NCBI GenBank assembly: GCA_963718665.1
Contig: OY970359.1
Coordinates: 1,280,001-1,344,000 of the forward strand
Reading direction: 5' to 3'
Length of the DNA: 64,000 nucleotides
Source: an uncultured Phycisphaerales bacterium
GTDB lineage: Bacteria; Planctomycetota; Phycisphaerae; Sedimentisphaerales; Anaerobacaceae
The notes beneath the pieces were generated by a model. It saw only the letters and a program-made list of their open reading frames with translations. It was not told where the DNA came from and made no database searches. The position numbers were made by a program, and so were the translations under genes. This document shows, piece after piece, positions 47,985-58,134 of the stretch (position 1 is its first letter; each line of letters starts with the position of its first letter).

Positions 47985-49772
47985 CTATTTACTCTCATTG
48001 CGAAGACGAAAGACGTTTACATACCCTTTTTGCGAGCCGATTTGCGTGACAAACTCGTAAGCTCCCACGCTTTGGGGCTTCTCTAAAAACGCGATATTCT
48101 TATTAAGTCCGAGCTGCTGATAACCGGTATGCTGGCCTCTGCTGTAACCCTCTCGAGTCGCCCAAACAACATAAGTTATCCCCTGCTGACGGAGTTTTTC
48201 CACAAGCTCTTCAGGACTGTCCGCTTTGGAAAACCCCATAACATTGGGGGCGTTTTTACCAGCGAATAATTGCGTAGGGCCGTTATTATAGACGGCAAGT
48301 TTTTCACCCGGCTTGCCGTTGGCCGCAAACCATTCGCCAAGCTGTTTGAACTCCATTTCCCGTTTGCCGTCACCAACAAGCCGGACCAGGATAAACTGGT
48401 TTGACGCGATAACCAGGCAAAGCATCGAAGCCACGCACAGATGGCGTGATACCTGTATGGGATGCTCAACGAGCGCCCTCGACGCGATAATTATCCCCGC
48501 AACAAGCATTGTGACATAGGGCATAGACGCCGAAGTCGGGCTGATAGATACCGCTTCGCCGAAGCTGGGTATAAGATTTATAAACCATAAGCTCGCGGCT
48601 ACGGTAACGCCGATTTTCAGCACTAACGTCGCCTGCCAGGGCAGTCGGGCCTTACCAGCCAGGAAGCCGCCGATACTTTGCAGCCCAAACCACGCCACCA
48701 ACAGCGCAATCCAGAAAATAGTCGAGTGAAATCGCGTCAGGGGATACGGGTAATAAGCATGCAGTATGAAATAAGGCACGAAAAACAAAAGCAGCATCAG
48801 CATTTCCCAGCGACGCCGGATGATTGAAAATATACAACCTGAGACAAGGCCCACGATACAAGTCAACTCGCCTAATTTTGAGAACGTATCTATGAACTCA
48901 TTGCTGGCGCCGGGATAAGGAATAAAAAGCGGCTGGAACGCCACCTGCCACAACAACTGTATATGCAGCAATAGCCCCGTCCTGCCGCTGACCGGCTCGA
49001 CGAAACCCTTGGCGTATTCCTTGGAGAAAAAGACGTTAAAATAGTGCGTCCCGCCCCCCTGCCAGGTTACGGCAGTCAGAATCAGCCATATCACAAGCGG
49101 CAAAGACGCCAGAAACGAATACGCAACCGCCCAAATTACATCTCTGCGGTCCTTTCTATGAATGATGTCCGCGACAAACGCGCCTAAAATCAGGGCGGCG
49201 CCTTCATATCGAACCATCGTTGTTACCGAGGCAGCCAGGTATGCCCAGCGCGACCTGCAAAAAATCAGATAAAGCGTCAGCAGGATGAAAAATAGAAAAG
49301 ACGTTTCTATTATCGGCTCAGTCATGTAATAAATCGTCCAGGGATTTATCGACGCAATCAGGGCAAACCATACGGCGGACCTGCCGATAATCCTTCTGCC
49401 GATAAGCCAGAGCAAAACCACCGTGAAGGGATGTAAAATCGCGTTGAGCAGATGTCCCGCCGTCAGCTCAGGCGACGGGCCCCACGACACAAACACAAGC
49501 AGGTTTTGCAGAATACCCACAACCGGCGCCAGCTTGAAGCTCGATGGCATTTGCAAAGACAATATCTCTTTACCCACCCGGAAGAAATCGGGAAAATCGG
49601 AAATGGGGACAACCGTGTGCCCGAAATACAAAACCGAATGATAGACCCCGAACGCGAACAGAACCGCACCGGTCAGGATATCCAGCCGCTTTTCGGCTGC
49701 GGTCGTTATCAGGGTATTCCGGCCATTGCCCTGAACAGTGTTACCGGGTTTTTTATCTCTTTTCTTTGTCAC
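47985..49772 (-). CDS. Multi-TM protein, probable GT-C (PMT/ArnT-like)
   Basis: Asp after TM1 (ISDF), TEP..E and RYEG; many TM segments and a soluble C-terminal domain. Confidence 0.65.
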   Translation of the reverse strand: MTKKRDKKPGNTVQGNGRNTLITTAAEKRLDILTGAVLFAFGVYHSVLYFGHTVVPISDFPDFFRVGKEILSLQMPSSFKLAPVVGILQNLLVFVSWGPSPELTAGHLLNAILHPFTVVLLWLIGRRIIGRSAVWFALIASINPWTIYYMTEPIIETSFLFFILLTLYLIFCRSRWAYLAASVTTMVRYEGAALILGAFVADIIHRKDRRDVIWAVAYSFLASLPLVIWLILTAVTWQGGGTHYFNVFFSKEYAKGFVEPVSGRTGLLLHIQLLWQVAFQPLFIPYPGASNEFIDTFSKLGELTCIVGLVSGCIFSIIRRRWEMLMLLLFFVPYFILHAYYPYPLTRFHSTIFWIALLVAWFGLQSIGGFLAGKARLPWQATLVLKIGVTVAASLWFINLIPSFGEAVSISPTSASMPYVTMLVAGIIIASRALVEHPIQVSRHLCVASMLCLVIASNQFILVRLVGDGKREMEFKQLGEWFAANGKPGEKLAVYNNGPTQLFAGKNAPNVMGFSKADSPEELVEKLRQQGITYVVWATREGYSRGQHTGYQQLGLNKNIAFLEKPQSVGAYEFVTQIGSQKGYVNVFRLRNESK

Positions 49773-49813
49773 GGTTTTCCTGCGGGGTTTTATCGTCCGA
49801 TAGCGGATGCTGA

Positions 49814-51649
49814 TTAAGATTTCAGTTTGAAAACGATTTCGTCGCCGAATCTTTGATCTATCACGTAGTATTCTCTTATGAACTTTCTGAATTTGCCCAT
49901 AACCTCGAATCTGCGTGCCTCATCATCGCCGAACCGCTCGCGTGTCATCTGGCCCCATTGCTTTTCAAACTCAGCCACAACCTGCGGGTCGGGCGGCAAA
50001 AACTGCGGCTGTCCCTGGGGTGAATAACCCACAATTGGCCATAGTTCGAATTTGAACCTGTCCAGAGGCAAATGCTGTTTGCGGCTGTCCACGATATATT
50101 TAGGCATCTCTTTGCCAAACGCACTGAGAAGACCATCGACCACCTGCTCAAGCTGCTGAGGGGACCTTGTGTGCATTTCACTTTCAAAGGCAACCGGCGA
50201 GCTGCTGAACCTCTGCGCCGACAGGTAAATTCCCGGAACCCAGCCCCAGACGTATATTTTGTCTGCGGGTGTGGTTCGGCTGCGTATGTATTCGCCCGCC
50301 TGTTCCCAGGACATCTTTGCCCCAAAACTGCGCCGCTGCGATATTTCATCCCATCGCTGAACGTAACCGTTTCGCTTCTGCGGGTATTTCATCCCTGAAT
50401 ACGGGCTTCTCGGCAGGCCGAAAAATATATGCCAGGACATAACCACCATCAGGGCAAAGCCAGCGATGCCGGTGATGACCCATTTGGTTTTGAACACGGC
50501 TTTTGTGAGTTTGTCACGATATACGGCTATCAAATAACCACCCGTCATCGCGCCTGATGCCGTAAGCGGAAGATAATACTGTTCGTATGACGCCGGGCTT
50601 ATCCAGACAAACGCCATATCGAGCGCCCACCAAACAGCGAGTAAAAGCAGGAAACGGTCGTAACCTGCTTTGTTGGATGGTGATTGCGTCCCGTGAAGCA
50701 AACTATGAATCATTTTGCCGATTCCCGTGATGATAGCGCCAAGCGCCAACGAAACAGGCAGGCACAGGGCAAGGTAATATCGCAAGACCTTTGGCCACTG
50801 GTCAGCGAACGGCAATACGCTTCTTATGGTTGATACATAATTTCCGGCCTGCGGGGCCACGGCAGACGCTTTGGGTATCAGACCGGCAATTGCATCCCAT
50901 ACAAAATAAAACGGCAGCGCTATCTGGACGTGCCAGCCGATTATCCAAATAAATAATGGCGCCATTGACGCCGCCGCCCCTCCGAGCAGCAGCAAAATAT
51001 CGACGCCAGCCTGCTTCCAGGTCCTGTGCTTAAAAATGGGCTGAACAATCACAAACAGGCCCATCGCCCCGACTACCGAGACGCCGGTTTCTTTAAAAAG
51101 ATGCGCCCAGGCGGCAACTGCGCCCGCCAGAAAACCAAGCCACCATTTCCCGCCCGTTTGCTGCAAAATAAGCAAGCTTACAGCCGCGACCATACAAGCA
51201 ATCATATATTGCTCTTTGACGTTGCCGAATTTGGCGATCAGAGGCGCAGACGTATAAATACAAGCGACGATTACCCCGACAGCCACCGGCAATTTGCCGA
51301 AAATTTTTCTCATCGAGACAAACATCAGGATAAATGCGCCCGCCAGCATAATGGTCTGAATCAGCTTGGGCCCGAATTCGCTGAAACCGAAGAGGCGCAC
51401 TCCCACGATATTGACCAGCAATGTTCCGAGACCTGCGCTTGGTTTTTCATCAACGCCGATTTTTGCGCCATTGAGAATATGCTGCGCAGAATAAACATTG
51501 GCGGCGCTGTCGTAGGGGTCGGGGAAGTTGAACTCAAAATATCGCCCAAGCACAAATGGAATACCCGCCAGAATCACAACCAGAATAATTGAAAATTTAG
51601 AACTTAGAATTGAGAATTCTGAGTTTGGAATTTTACTGTTTTTCTTCAT
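49814..51649 (-). CDS. Multi-TM protein, probable GT-C (PMT/ArnT-like)
   Basis: YDS after TM1, DEKP, KEQY, FKE, EQYYLP and IYVWG segments. Confidence 0.7.
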   Translation of the reverse strand: MKKNSKIPNSEFSILSSKFSIILVVILAGIPFVLGRYFEFNFPDPYDSAANVYSAQHILNGAKIGVDEKPSAGLGTLLVNIVGVRLFGFSEFGPKLIQTIMLAGAFILMFVSMRKIFGKLPVAVGVIVACIYTSAPLIAKFGNVKEQYMIACMVAAVSLLILQQTGGKWWLGFLAGAVAAWAHLFKETGVSVVGAMGLFVIVQPIFKHRTWKQAGVDILLLLGGAAASMAPLFIWIIGWHVQIALPFYFVWDAIAGLIPKASAVAPQAGNYVSTIRSVLPFADQWPKVLRYYLALCLPVSLALGAIITGIGKMIHSLLHGTQSPSNKAGYDRFLLLLAVWWALDMAFVWISPASYEQYYLPLTASGAMTGGYLIAVYRDKLTKAVFKTKWVITGIAGFALMVVMSWHIFFGLPRSPYSGMKYPQKRNGYVQRWDEISQRRSFGAKMSWEQAGEYIRSRTTPADKIYVWGWVPGIYLSAQRFSSSPVAFESEMHTRSPQQLEQVVDGLLSAFGKEMPKYIVDSRKQHLPLDRFKFELWPIVGYSPQGQPQFLPPDPQVVAEFEKQWGQMTRERFGDDEARRFEVMGKFRKFIREYYVIDQRFGDEIVFKLKS

Positions 51650-51672
51650 TCTTCGTTCTCAGTTCTTAATTC
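51587..51672. repeat. Inverted pair of heptamer tracts across a gene junction
   Basis: AATTGAA AATTTAG AACTTAG AATTGAG AATTCTG ... TTCTTCA TTCTTCG TTCTCAG TTCTTAA. Confidence 0.8.
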
Positions 51673-52627
51673 ATTCGAGGATTTCGCGAATCACGTATGT
51701 AGGCCGATTTTGCGATTCGTGGTACGTCCTCACCAGCAATTCAGCAAGAAGGCCCATCAGGATAAACTGAATGGTGGACATAATGAGAACAGCCGTCAAA
51801 ATCAGCAGCGGATTTCTGTTCAGCGGAAGCTCCTGGGCGGCGAGGAATTTCTGATAAAGCATAATCAAGCCCATAAGCACCGCTCCCAATGCGCTGGCCA
51901 AGCCAAGTCCGCCGAAGATATAAATGGGTTTGGTGGAAAATGAGCCGAGAAATTTAACGGTAATAAGGTCAAGCATTACTTTCCAGGTTCGCCCCAGTCC
52001 GTATTTGGCGACGCCTGCGGTCCGAGGCCTGTGATTGACAACCATTTCGCAGATTTTCGCCCCACTCCAGCTTGCCAGCACGGGTATGAACCTGTGCATT
52101 TCGCCGTATAATCTCGTTTCAGCCAGTATCTCACGTCGATACGCCTTGAGCGTGCAGCCGAAATCGTGCAGTTCCACTCCGGTAATTTTCGCGATAAGCC
52201 CATTGGCCACTCTCGATGGTATCAGGCGAGTAATTGCATTGTCGTGTCTCTTTTTCCGCCAGCCGCTGACAACATCAAACCCTTTATGCAGCTGCTCAAT
52301 CATTTGCGGAATATCAGCGGGGTCGTTTTGCAGGTCGCAGTCGATGGCTACGACTATCCGGCCCTGCGAATGGGCAAAGCCGGCACTGAGGGCGGCCGTC
52401 TGGCCAAAGTTCCTGCGGAAACGGATAACCCTGACCCTGCCGTCGGCCTTGTGCAGTTCGGTCAATATCCCGAAACTGGCGTCAGTGCTGCCGTCGTCTA
52501 TGAAAATCAGCTCATACTGGTACTTATTGCCAAGGGCCTGCGTAAGCTGGTTATATAATGCCCTGATGTTATCCTGCTCGTTCAGCAACGGGATTACTAC
52601 GGATACCTCGACTGATTGTCCGCTCAT
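51671..52627 (-). CDS. Polyprenyl-phosphate glycosyltransferase (GT2, ArnC/GtrB-like)
   Basis: DDGSTD, RNFGQ, DCDLQND and HRFIP motifs; two C-terminal TM segments. Confidence 0.9.
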   Translation of the reverse strand: MSGQSVEVSVVIPLLNEQDNIRALYNQLTQALGNKYQYELIFIDDGSTDASFGILTELHKADGRVRVIRFRRNFGQTAALSAGFAHSQGRIVVAIDCDLQNDPADIPQMIEQLHKGFDVVSGWRKKRHDNAITRLIPSRVANGLIAKITGVELHDFGCTLKAYRREILAETRLYGEMHRFIPVLASWSGAKICEMVVNHRPRTAGVAKYGLGRTWKVMLDLITVKFLGSFSTKPIYIFGGLGLASALGAVLMGLIMLYQKFLAAQELPLNRNPLLILTAVLIMSTIQFILMGLLAELLVRTYHESQNRPTYVIREILE

Positions 52628-52729
52628 AATCTTCTCCGAACAAAATTTTAGTTTCGTAAATCCCTGTTATATTAACAGTTATGCAAACACCTGTAAAGTA
52701 ACGGCTCGGCATCCGGACGAGGCAAATGT

Positions 52730-52758
52730 TTGACTTTTTGGCTATTAAGCCCTATCAT
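52730..52758 (+). promoter_or_regulatory. Putative promoter of the gpmI operon
   Basis: TTGACT, 17 bp spacer, TATCAT. Confidence 0.6.
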
Positions 52759-52803
52759 GTTGGACTGCTTTAATAATAGTTCCGTGATGAAAGGTCTTAT
52801 TTT

Positions 52804-54375
52804 ATGGCAAAGAAAGTGGTTTTGGAACGCAAGCCGTTCGTGCTGATTATCCGTGACGGCTGGGGATACAACCCCGACCGCAATGAGGACGCTTATAACT
52901 CCGTAAAATGCGCGAAGGTCCCCACCGATACTATGCTGATGAGCGAATACCCCAACACCCTGATTCATACGTACGGCGAATACGTTGGTTTGCCCGACGG
53001 CACAATGGGCAACAGCGAAGTCGGGCACCAAAATATCGGGGCGGGCAGAATAGTTCCGCAGGAATCCGTTCGGCTGAGCCACGCCATCCGTGACGGGTCG
53101 TTTTTCAAAAACGAACAATTCGCAAATTGCGTTAAATTCATAAAAGAACACAAAGGAAAAATGCACGTTATGGGCCTGTGCAGCAATATAGGCGTGCATT
53201 CACTTCTTGACCATTTATACGGCCTGCTCGAGCTTGCCAAGAGAAATGACCTTAAAGACGTCTTCATTCACGCGTTTACAGATGGCCGTGATTCACCGCC
53301 CAACAGCGGCGCCGGCTACATTGCCCAGATAGAGAAAAAGGCAGCGGAAATAGGCGTGGGCAAAATCGCTTCAGTGATGGGCAGGTTCTACGCGATGGAC
53401 CGGGACAGCCGATGGGACCGCGTTCAGAAGGCATACGAATGCCTGCGGGTAGGCAAAGGACTCAGGGCGAAAAGTGCCTCTGAAGCCATAGCCAATAGTT
53501 ACGCAAAACAGGTAACCGACGAATTCATCGAGCCGACGGCGATAGTCAATCAGGATAACGAACCGATAGGGACGATAGCCGACGGCGATGGCGTGGTGTT
53601 CTTCAACTTCCGCGGCGACAGGACCCGCGAAATCACAAGGGCGTTCGTCATGCCCGACTTCAAAGAATTTCCGCGAAACATAAAGCCCGATATCTATTAC
53701 GTATGTATGACCGAATATGACACGAATATTCCGGCGCCGGTGGCGTTCCCGAAGCCGCCCAAAATGAAAAATATCCTCGCCGCTTACTGGGGCTCGCTGG
53801 GACTTAAACAGTTCCGTTGTGCGGAAACCGAAAAATATGCGCATGTAACGTTCTTCTTCAACGACTACACCGAAAAACCATTCCCGGGCGAGGACAGGCA
53901 GATTGTCCCGTCGCCAAGGGTGCGGACGTACGATTTGAAGCCGGAGATGAGCGCGCATGAGGTCGCCGATGTTGTTCTTCAACGATTAGACACAAACCAG
54001 TATGACGTAATGGTAATCAATTTTGCGAATCCCGATATGGTCGGCCATACGGGCATACTCGAAGCGGCGATTAAGGCAGCCGAAACCGTCGATGCCTGCG
54101 TCGGAAAAATTTTGGACAAGGTAAAACAAATGGGCGGAGCGGCGATAATTACCGCGGACCACGGTAACTTCGAAAAAATGATAGACGGCACACCCGATAA
54201 GCCGCACACCGCGCATACCGTCGGCGATGTGCCGTTGATTGTTTTTGATGAGCGATATAAGGGCAGAAAGCTTCGCTCCGGCGGTATTCTTGCCGATATC
54301 GGTCCGACGCTGCTTGATATGATGGGCTTGCCTAAGCCGGAAGAAATGACCGGAAGAAGTTTGCTTGAAAAATAG
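52804..54375 (+). CDS. gpmI: 2,3-bisphosphoglycerate-independent phosphoglycerate mutase
   Basis: MGNSEVGH, DGRD, AETEKYAHVT, NPDMVGH and TADHGN motifs. Confidence 0.97.
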   Translation: MAKKVVLERKPFVLIIRDGWGYNPDRNEDAYNSVKCAKVPTDTMLMSEYPNTLIHTYGEYVGLPDGTMGNSEVGHQNIGAGRIVPQESVRLSHAIRDGSFFKNEQFANCVKFIKEHKGKMHVMGLCSNIGVHSLLDHLYGLLELAKRNDLKDVFIHAFTDGRDSPPNSGAGYIAQIEKKAAEIGVGKIASVMGRFYAMDRDSRWDRVQKAYECLRVGKGLRAKSASEAIANSYAKQVTDEFIEPTAIVNQDNEPIGTIADGDGVVFFNFRGDRTREITRAFVMPDFKEFPRNIKPDIYYVCMTEYDTNIPAPVAFPKPPKMKNILAAYWGSLGLKQFRCAETEKYAHVTFFFNDYTEKPFPGEDRQIVPSPRVRTYDLKPEMSAHEVADVVLQRLDTNQYDVMVINFANPDMVGHTGILEAAIKAAETVDACVGKILDKVKQMGGAAIITADHGNFEKMIDGTPDKPHTAHTVGDVPLIVFDERYKGRKLRSGGILADIGPTLLDMMGLPKPEEMTGRSLLEK

Positions 54376-54431
54376 CGGATAGCGTGCAGAACGGGCGGAA
54401 ACTCTATTCGCTATACGCTAAACGCTATACT
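54372..54431. repeat. Inverted heptamer tracts between gpmI and mutL
   Basis: ATAGCGG ATAGCGT ... CTATTCG CTATACG CTAAACG CTATACT. Confidence 0.8.
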
Positions 54432-54446
54432 GTGGGTGGGAGAAAA

Positions 54447-56225
54447 ATGGGCCGGATAGTCGTTCTTGACCAGAATATGGTGAATATGATAGCCGCCGGC
54501 GAGGTAATCGAGAGGCCCGCCAGCGTGGTCAAGGAATTGGTCGAGAACAGTATTGACGCCGGCGCGACAAAAATCACCATCGCCGTGGAGGATGGCGGCA
54601 GAAAGTTAATCTCGGTAACAGACAACGGCAGCGGTATGGACGCCGAAGACCTTGCCAGCGCATTCGAGCCGCACGCCACAAGCAAAATTAAAACAAGCGA
54701 CGACCTGCGGGCAATATCGACGCTTGGTTTTCGCGGAGAGGCCCTTGCCAGTATCGCCTCAATTGCCCAAGTGAAAGCCGTCAGCCGGACAGCGGACGAA
54801 CTTTCGGGCAATTGCCTCGAAATCGACTGCGGCGACAAAGCGGGATTGACGCCCTGCAGCGCAGACGCAGGAACAACCATTCAGGTCCGCGACATTTTTT
54901 ACAAACTGCCCGCCAGGCGCAAATTCCTCAAAAGCGCAAATACCGAAATGACCCACATCGTCGAGCAGTTCATCAGGATTGCTTTGGCTAATACCGCTAT
55001 TGAGCTTGTCCTGACGCACAACGCCAAAGAGCAATATCGGCTCTCCGCCGAACAGGGTCTTAGAGCGAGAATTGCAGAATTATTTTCGCAGGAGGTCGCG
55101 GACAACCTTCTCGAAACCGAAAGCGACGAAAAGGGTTTGCACATAGCCGCCCTTTTAGGCAAACCCGCAATCGCAGCCACAAGCAACCGGCTGCAATACA
55201 TATTCATCAACGGCAGATTCATACGCGACAAATTCACCTCGCACGCAATCAAAGAGGCGTATCGCGGAGCAATCGATCCAAGCAGGTTCCCCGCCGCGTT
55301 TATATTTATTCGGATGCCTTACGAGGATTACGACGTCAACGTTCACCCGACAAAAATCGAGGTGCGATTCTATAACGCAAATCTCGTTCATTCGCAGATT
55401 CTCGCCTGCCTTCGTGAAAAACTCCTGGCTACCGACCTCGATACTCTCGCCAGCGTCCCGCAGCAGTCCGCCCCGCCTATGCGACGCGACGGACGAATCG
55501 CCGAGGCAATGGAAGAGTTTTTTAAACGTCATCGCCCCTCAGGCCAGCGACAAATGGATTTCAATTCGTCTTGCGTTGTGCGTGATGCGTCGCGCGAGCA
55601 AAATACGCAATACGCAATACGCAATACGCACGACAGCTTATTGAACACAGAAACGAGCAGACGATACCTTCAAATACACGACACGTTCATTATTGCGGAA
55701 AACGACGACGGTTTTGTCATAATCGACCAGCACGCACTGCACGAACGGATTATGTACGAGCAGTTGAAAAGACGCGTGCGAAACAGCCCGCTCGAATCGC
55801 AAAAACTCTTAGTGCCTGAAAGTCTTCAACTGAGTAAAGAACAGTCAGACACGCTCGAAAACAATTCGCAGCTTTTTGAAAAACTGGGAATTGAGCTTGT
55901 TCCCTTCGGACCGAAGACCATCGCAATCCAGGCGTTTCCAGTGCTTTTGGCAAAAGCCGAGCCGGCGGATTTTCTCCGGGATGTAATGGATATGCTTGTC
56001 GAAAAGGCCTCGACGCTCGACGCGGAAAGCTTATTTGATGAGGTTTTGCACATGGCTGCGTGCAAGGCGGCAATAAAAGCGGGACAAAAATTAACCGACG
56101 GTGAGATTGAACAGCTTATCGCTGACAAGGAAACGGTCGAAAATTCCAGCCATTGTCCCCACGGCAGACCGACCGTCATTAAATTTACCGTGGCCGAACT
56201 CGAAAAACAGTTCAAGCGAACGTAA
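54447..56225 (+). CDS. mutL: DNA mismatch repair endonuclease MutL
   Basis: IAAGEVIERP, GFRGEAL, DVNVHP, DQHALHER, ACK and CPHGRP motifs; ATG at 54447 with GGAG RBS. Confidence 0.97.
   Translation: MGRIVVLDQNMVNMIAAGEVIERPASVVKELVENSIDAGATKITIAVEDGGRKLISVTDNGSGMDAEDLASAFEPHATSKIKTSDDLRAISTLGFRGEALASIASIAQVKAVSRTADELSGNCLEIDCGDKAGLTPCSADAGTTIQVRDIFYKLPARRKFLKSANTEMTHIVEQFIRIALANTAIELVLTHNAKEQYRLSAEQGLRARIAELFSQEVADNLLETESDEKGLHIAALLGKPAIAATSNRLQYIFINGRFIRDKFTSHAIKEAYRGAIDPSRFPAAFIFIRMPYEDYDVNVHPTKIEVRFYNANLVHSQILACLREKLLATDLDTLASVPQQSAPPMRRDGRIAEAMEEFFKRHRPSGQRQMDFNSSCVVRDASREQNTQYAIRNTHDSLLNTETSRRYLQIHDTFIIAENDDGFVIIDQHALHERIMYEQLKRRVRNSPLESQKLLVPESLQLSKEQSDTLENNSQLFEKLGIELVPFGPKTIAIQAFPVLLAKAEPADFLRDVMDMLVEKASTLDAESLFDEVLHMAACKAAIKAGQKLTDGEIEQLIADKETVENSSHCPHGRPTVIKFTVAELEKQFKRT
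55565..55634. repeat. Heptamer tracts in the mutL linker, including perfect (AATACGC)x4
   Basis: TGCGTTG TGCGTGA TGCGTCG followed by AATACGC x4 at 55602-55629. Confidence 0.9.
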
Positions 56226-56227
56226 GT

Positions 56228-57106
56228 ATGAAAATTATATCAGCGATATTATTAATTGCTGTTTTTTGCGGCACCATTGCTGAACCGCCGCACAGAATCG
56301 TGTCGCTATCGCCAAATCTGACTGAGATTGTTTTTGCTCTTGGACTTGGCGACAGGGTCGTCGGTGTTTCTAATAATTGTGACTGGCCTGCTGAGGTGAA
56401 GCAAAAGCCGAAGATGGGAACATTCTGGCAGCCGAATACCGAGGTGGTTATCACCGCAAAACCAGATTTAGTCGTATGTGAGTCATTCCTTCAGCAAAAA
56501 GAGGTGGCGGAAACGCTGAAAAGGGCAGGATTGAATGTCCTTTCCTTGCGTGTCGAGTCAATCGAGGAGTTTTACAATGCTATCTTAAGCATCGGCCAAG
56601 CCACCGGCTGCCCCGATAAAGCCGAACCGCTTGCCGCGAAAATAAAAAATGAACTTGACCAAATCCGGACCAAGGCATCCTCTGCAAAAAAGGTCAAAGT
56701 TCTCTGGGCAGTGCAGACCGAGCCGATGCGGGTCGTGGGCATAAAAACATTCGTAAATGAAATAATAGATTTGGCAGGAGGCCAAAACGTCATCTCGCCA
56801 ACCGGCGACCAGTATCCATCCGTCGGAACAGAGACAATCCTGACCAGCGGCGCGGAAGTGATAATCCAATCAGCTATGGGGACGGAGGATATTACAAAAC
56901 AGCAGGAAACAGCCGAGAAATTCTGGAGCAGATACGCTAATCTGCCCGCGGTGAAAGATAAAAAGGTTTACGTCTTAGAGGCCGACACGGTGCTTCGGCT
57001 GGGACCTCGCCTGCCGGAAGGCGCAATGGCCGTGGCAAAATTGCTGCATCCGGAATTGTTCTCGCAGCCGAAAGACCCGAATCAGGGAGACCAAACGCAC
57101 AAATGA
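56228..57106 (+). CDS. BtuF-like ABC substrate-binding protein (cobalamin/iron complex)
   Basis: RIVSLSPNLTEIVFALG, KPDLV and LPAVK...RLGPR motifs. Confidence 0.85.
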   Translation: MKIISAILLIAVFCGTIAEPPHRIVSLSPNLTEIVFALGLGDRVVGVSNNCDWPAEVKQKPKMGTFWQPNTEVVITAKPDLVVCESFLQQKEVAETLKRAGLNVLSLRVESIEEFYNAILSIGQATGCPDKAEPLAAKIKNELDQIRTKASSAKKVKVLWAVQTEPMRVVGIKTFVNEIIDLAGGQNVISPTGDQYPSVGTETILTSGAEVIIQSAMGTEDITKQQETAEKFWSRYANLPAVKDKKVYVLEADTVLRLGPRLPEGAMAVAKLLHPELFSQPKDPNQGDQTHK

Positions 57107-58134
57107 CTGACCTGCTGACCCCAAGATGTTTGATTGTCAAAATCATTCTGTGCTTAGCGGCACTGGCGGTAGTGATGTTTGTATGCTCGCTTGTGGGAAC
57201 GCAAAAAATATCGCTGTCCGCGGTATTCGCCGGGCCGGGTGACACGCCGGGCCAGAATACCGATTACGATATTTTTGTCCGCGTTCGAATCCCGCGGATA
57301 ATTCTCGCTGCGCTTGTCGGCGCGGCATTAGCTGCCAGTGGAGTCGTTTTGCAGGCAATCCTGCGAAATCCTCTCGCGGAACCATACATCCTCGGCATAT
57401 CGAGTGGCGCGGCGCTCGGCGTAATGACCGCAGCGATTGCCGGGGTAAGCAGGGCAATCCTGGGCGGCTCGCCGATGGCCGCGACGGCGTTTTTATTCGC
57501 CATAGGCACGGTCTGGCTGGTCTGGTTCACGGGACATCTGGCAGGCGGTTCAACGGTAACCAGTTTGCTTCTGGCGGGCGTAGTCATCAACGCTTTCTTC
57601 TCCGCGGTGATAATGCTGATGACGTCCCTGATAGATAGCGAGCAGCTTCGCTCCACGATTATGTGGCTTATGGGCAGTATAGGCGAAAAGGACTTTTCCA
57701 CGCTGCTGGCGAGCGCCATATTCATAATCGCCGGCGTCGCTGCATTATTTACAATCAGTCAAAAGCTAAACGTGCTGGCATTCGGCGCAGGTGAGGCGCG
57801 GTCACTCGGCGTCAATCCCCGCAAGATTACTTTAATCGCATTTGCCCTGGCGTCTTTCATAACCGCCGTCGCCGTGGGATTAAGCGGGCTTGTTGGTTTT
57901 GTCGGATTAGTCGTTCCTCATTCGGTTCGCCTTGTATTCGGCCCTGACCATCGTCAATTATTGCCAACAAGCGCGCTGCTCGGCGCGGCATTTGTTGTCA
58001 TCTGCGATACAATCGCCCGCACAATAATCGCCCCTGCTCAGTTGCCGGTAGGCGTGATAACCGCAATCATCGGCGGGCCTGTATTTCTAATCCTGCTTTC
58101 CAGATACAACAAGAAAGTGGGGACTTTGCGATGA
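57103..58134 (+). CDS. FecCD/BtuC family ABC permease
   Basis: RIPR, RNPLAEP..LGISSGA, GFVGLVVPH and PVGVITA motifs. Confidence 0.92.
   Translation: MTDLLTPRCLIVKIILCLAALAVVMFVCSLVGTQKISLSAVFAGPGDTPGQNTDYDIFVRVRIPRIILAALVGAALAASGVVLQAILRNPLAEPYILGISSGAALGVMTAAIAGVSRAILGGSPMAATAFLFAIGTVWLVWFTGHLAGGSTVTSLLLAGVVINAFFSAVIMLMTSLIDSEQLRSTIMWLMGSIGEKDFSTLLASAIFIIAGVAALFTISQKLNVLAFGAGEARSLGVNPRKITLIAFALASFITAVAVGLSGLVGFVGLVVPHSVRLVFGPDHRQLLPTSALLGAAFVVICDTIARTIIAPAQLPVGVITAIIGGPVFLILLSRYNKKVGTLR

Noticed and set aside
54384..54446. Longer N-terminus for mutL
   Set aside because: It is a translation of the heptamer tract; the ATG at 54447 has an RBS and matches the MutL start.
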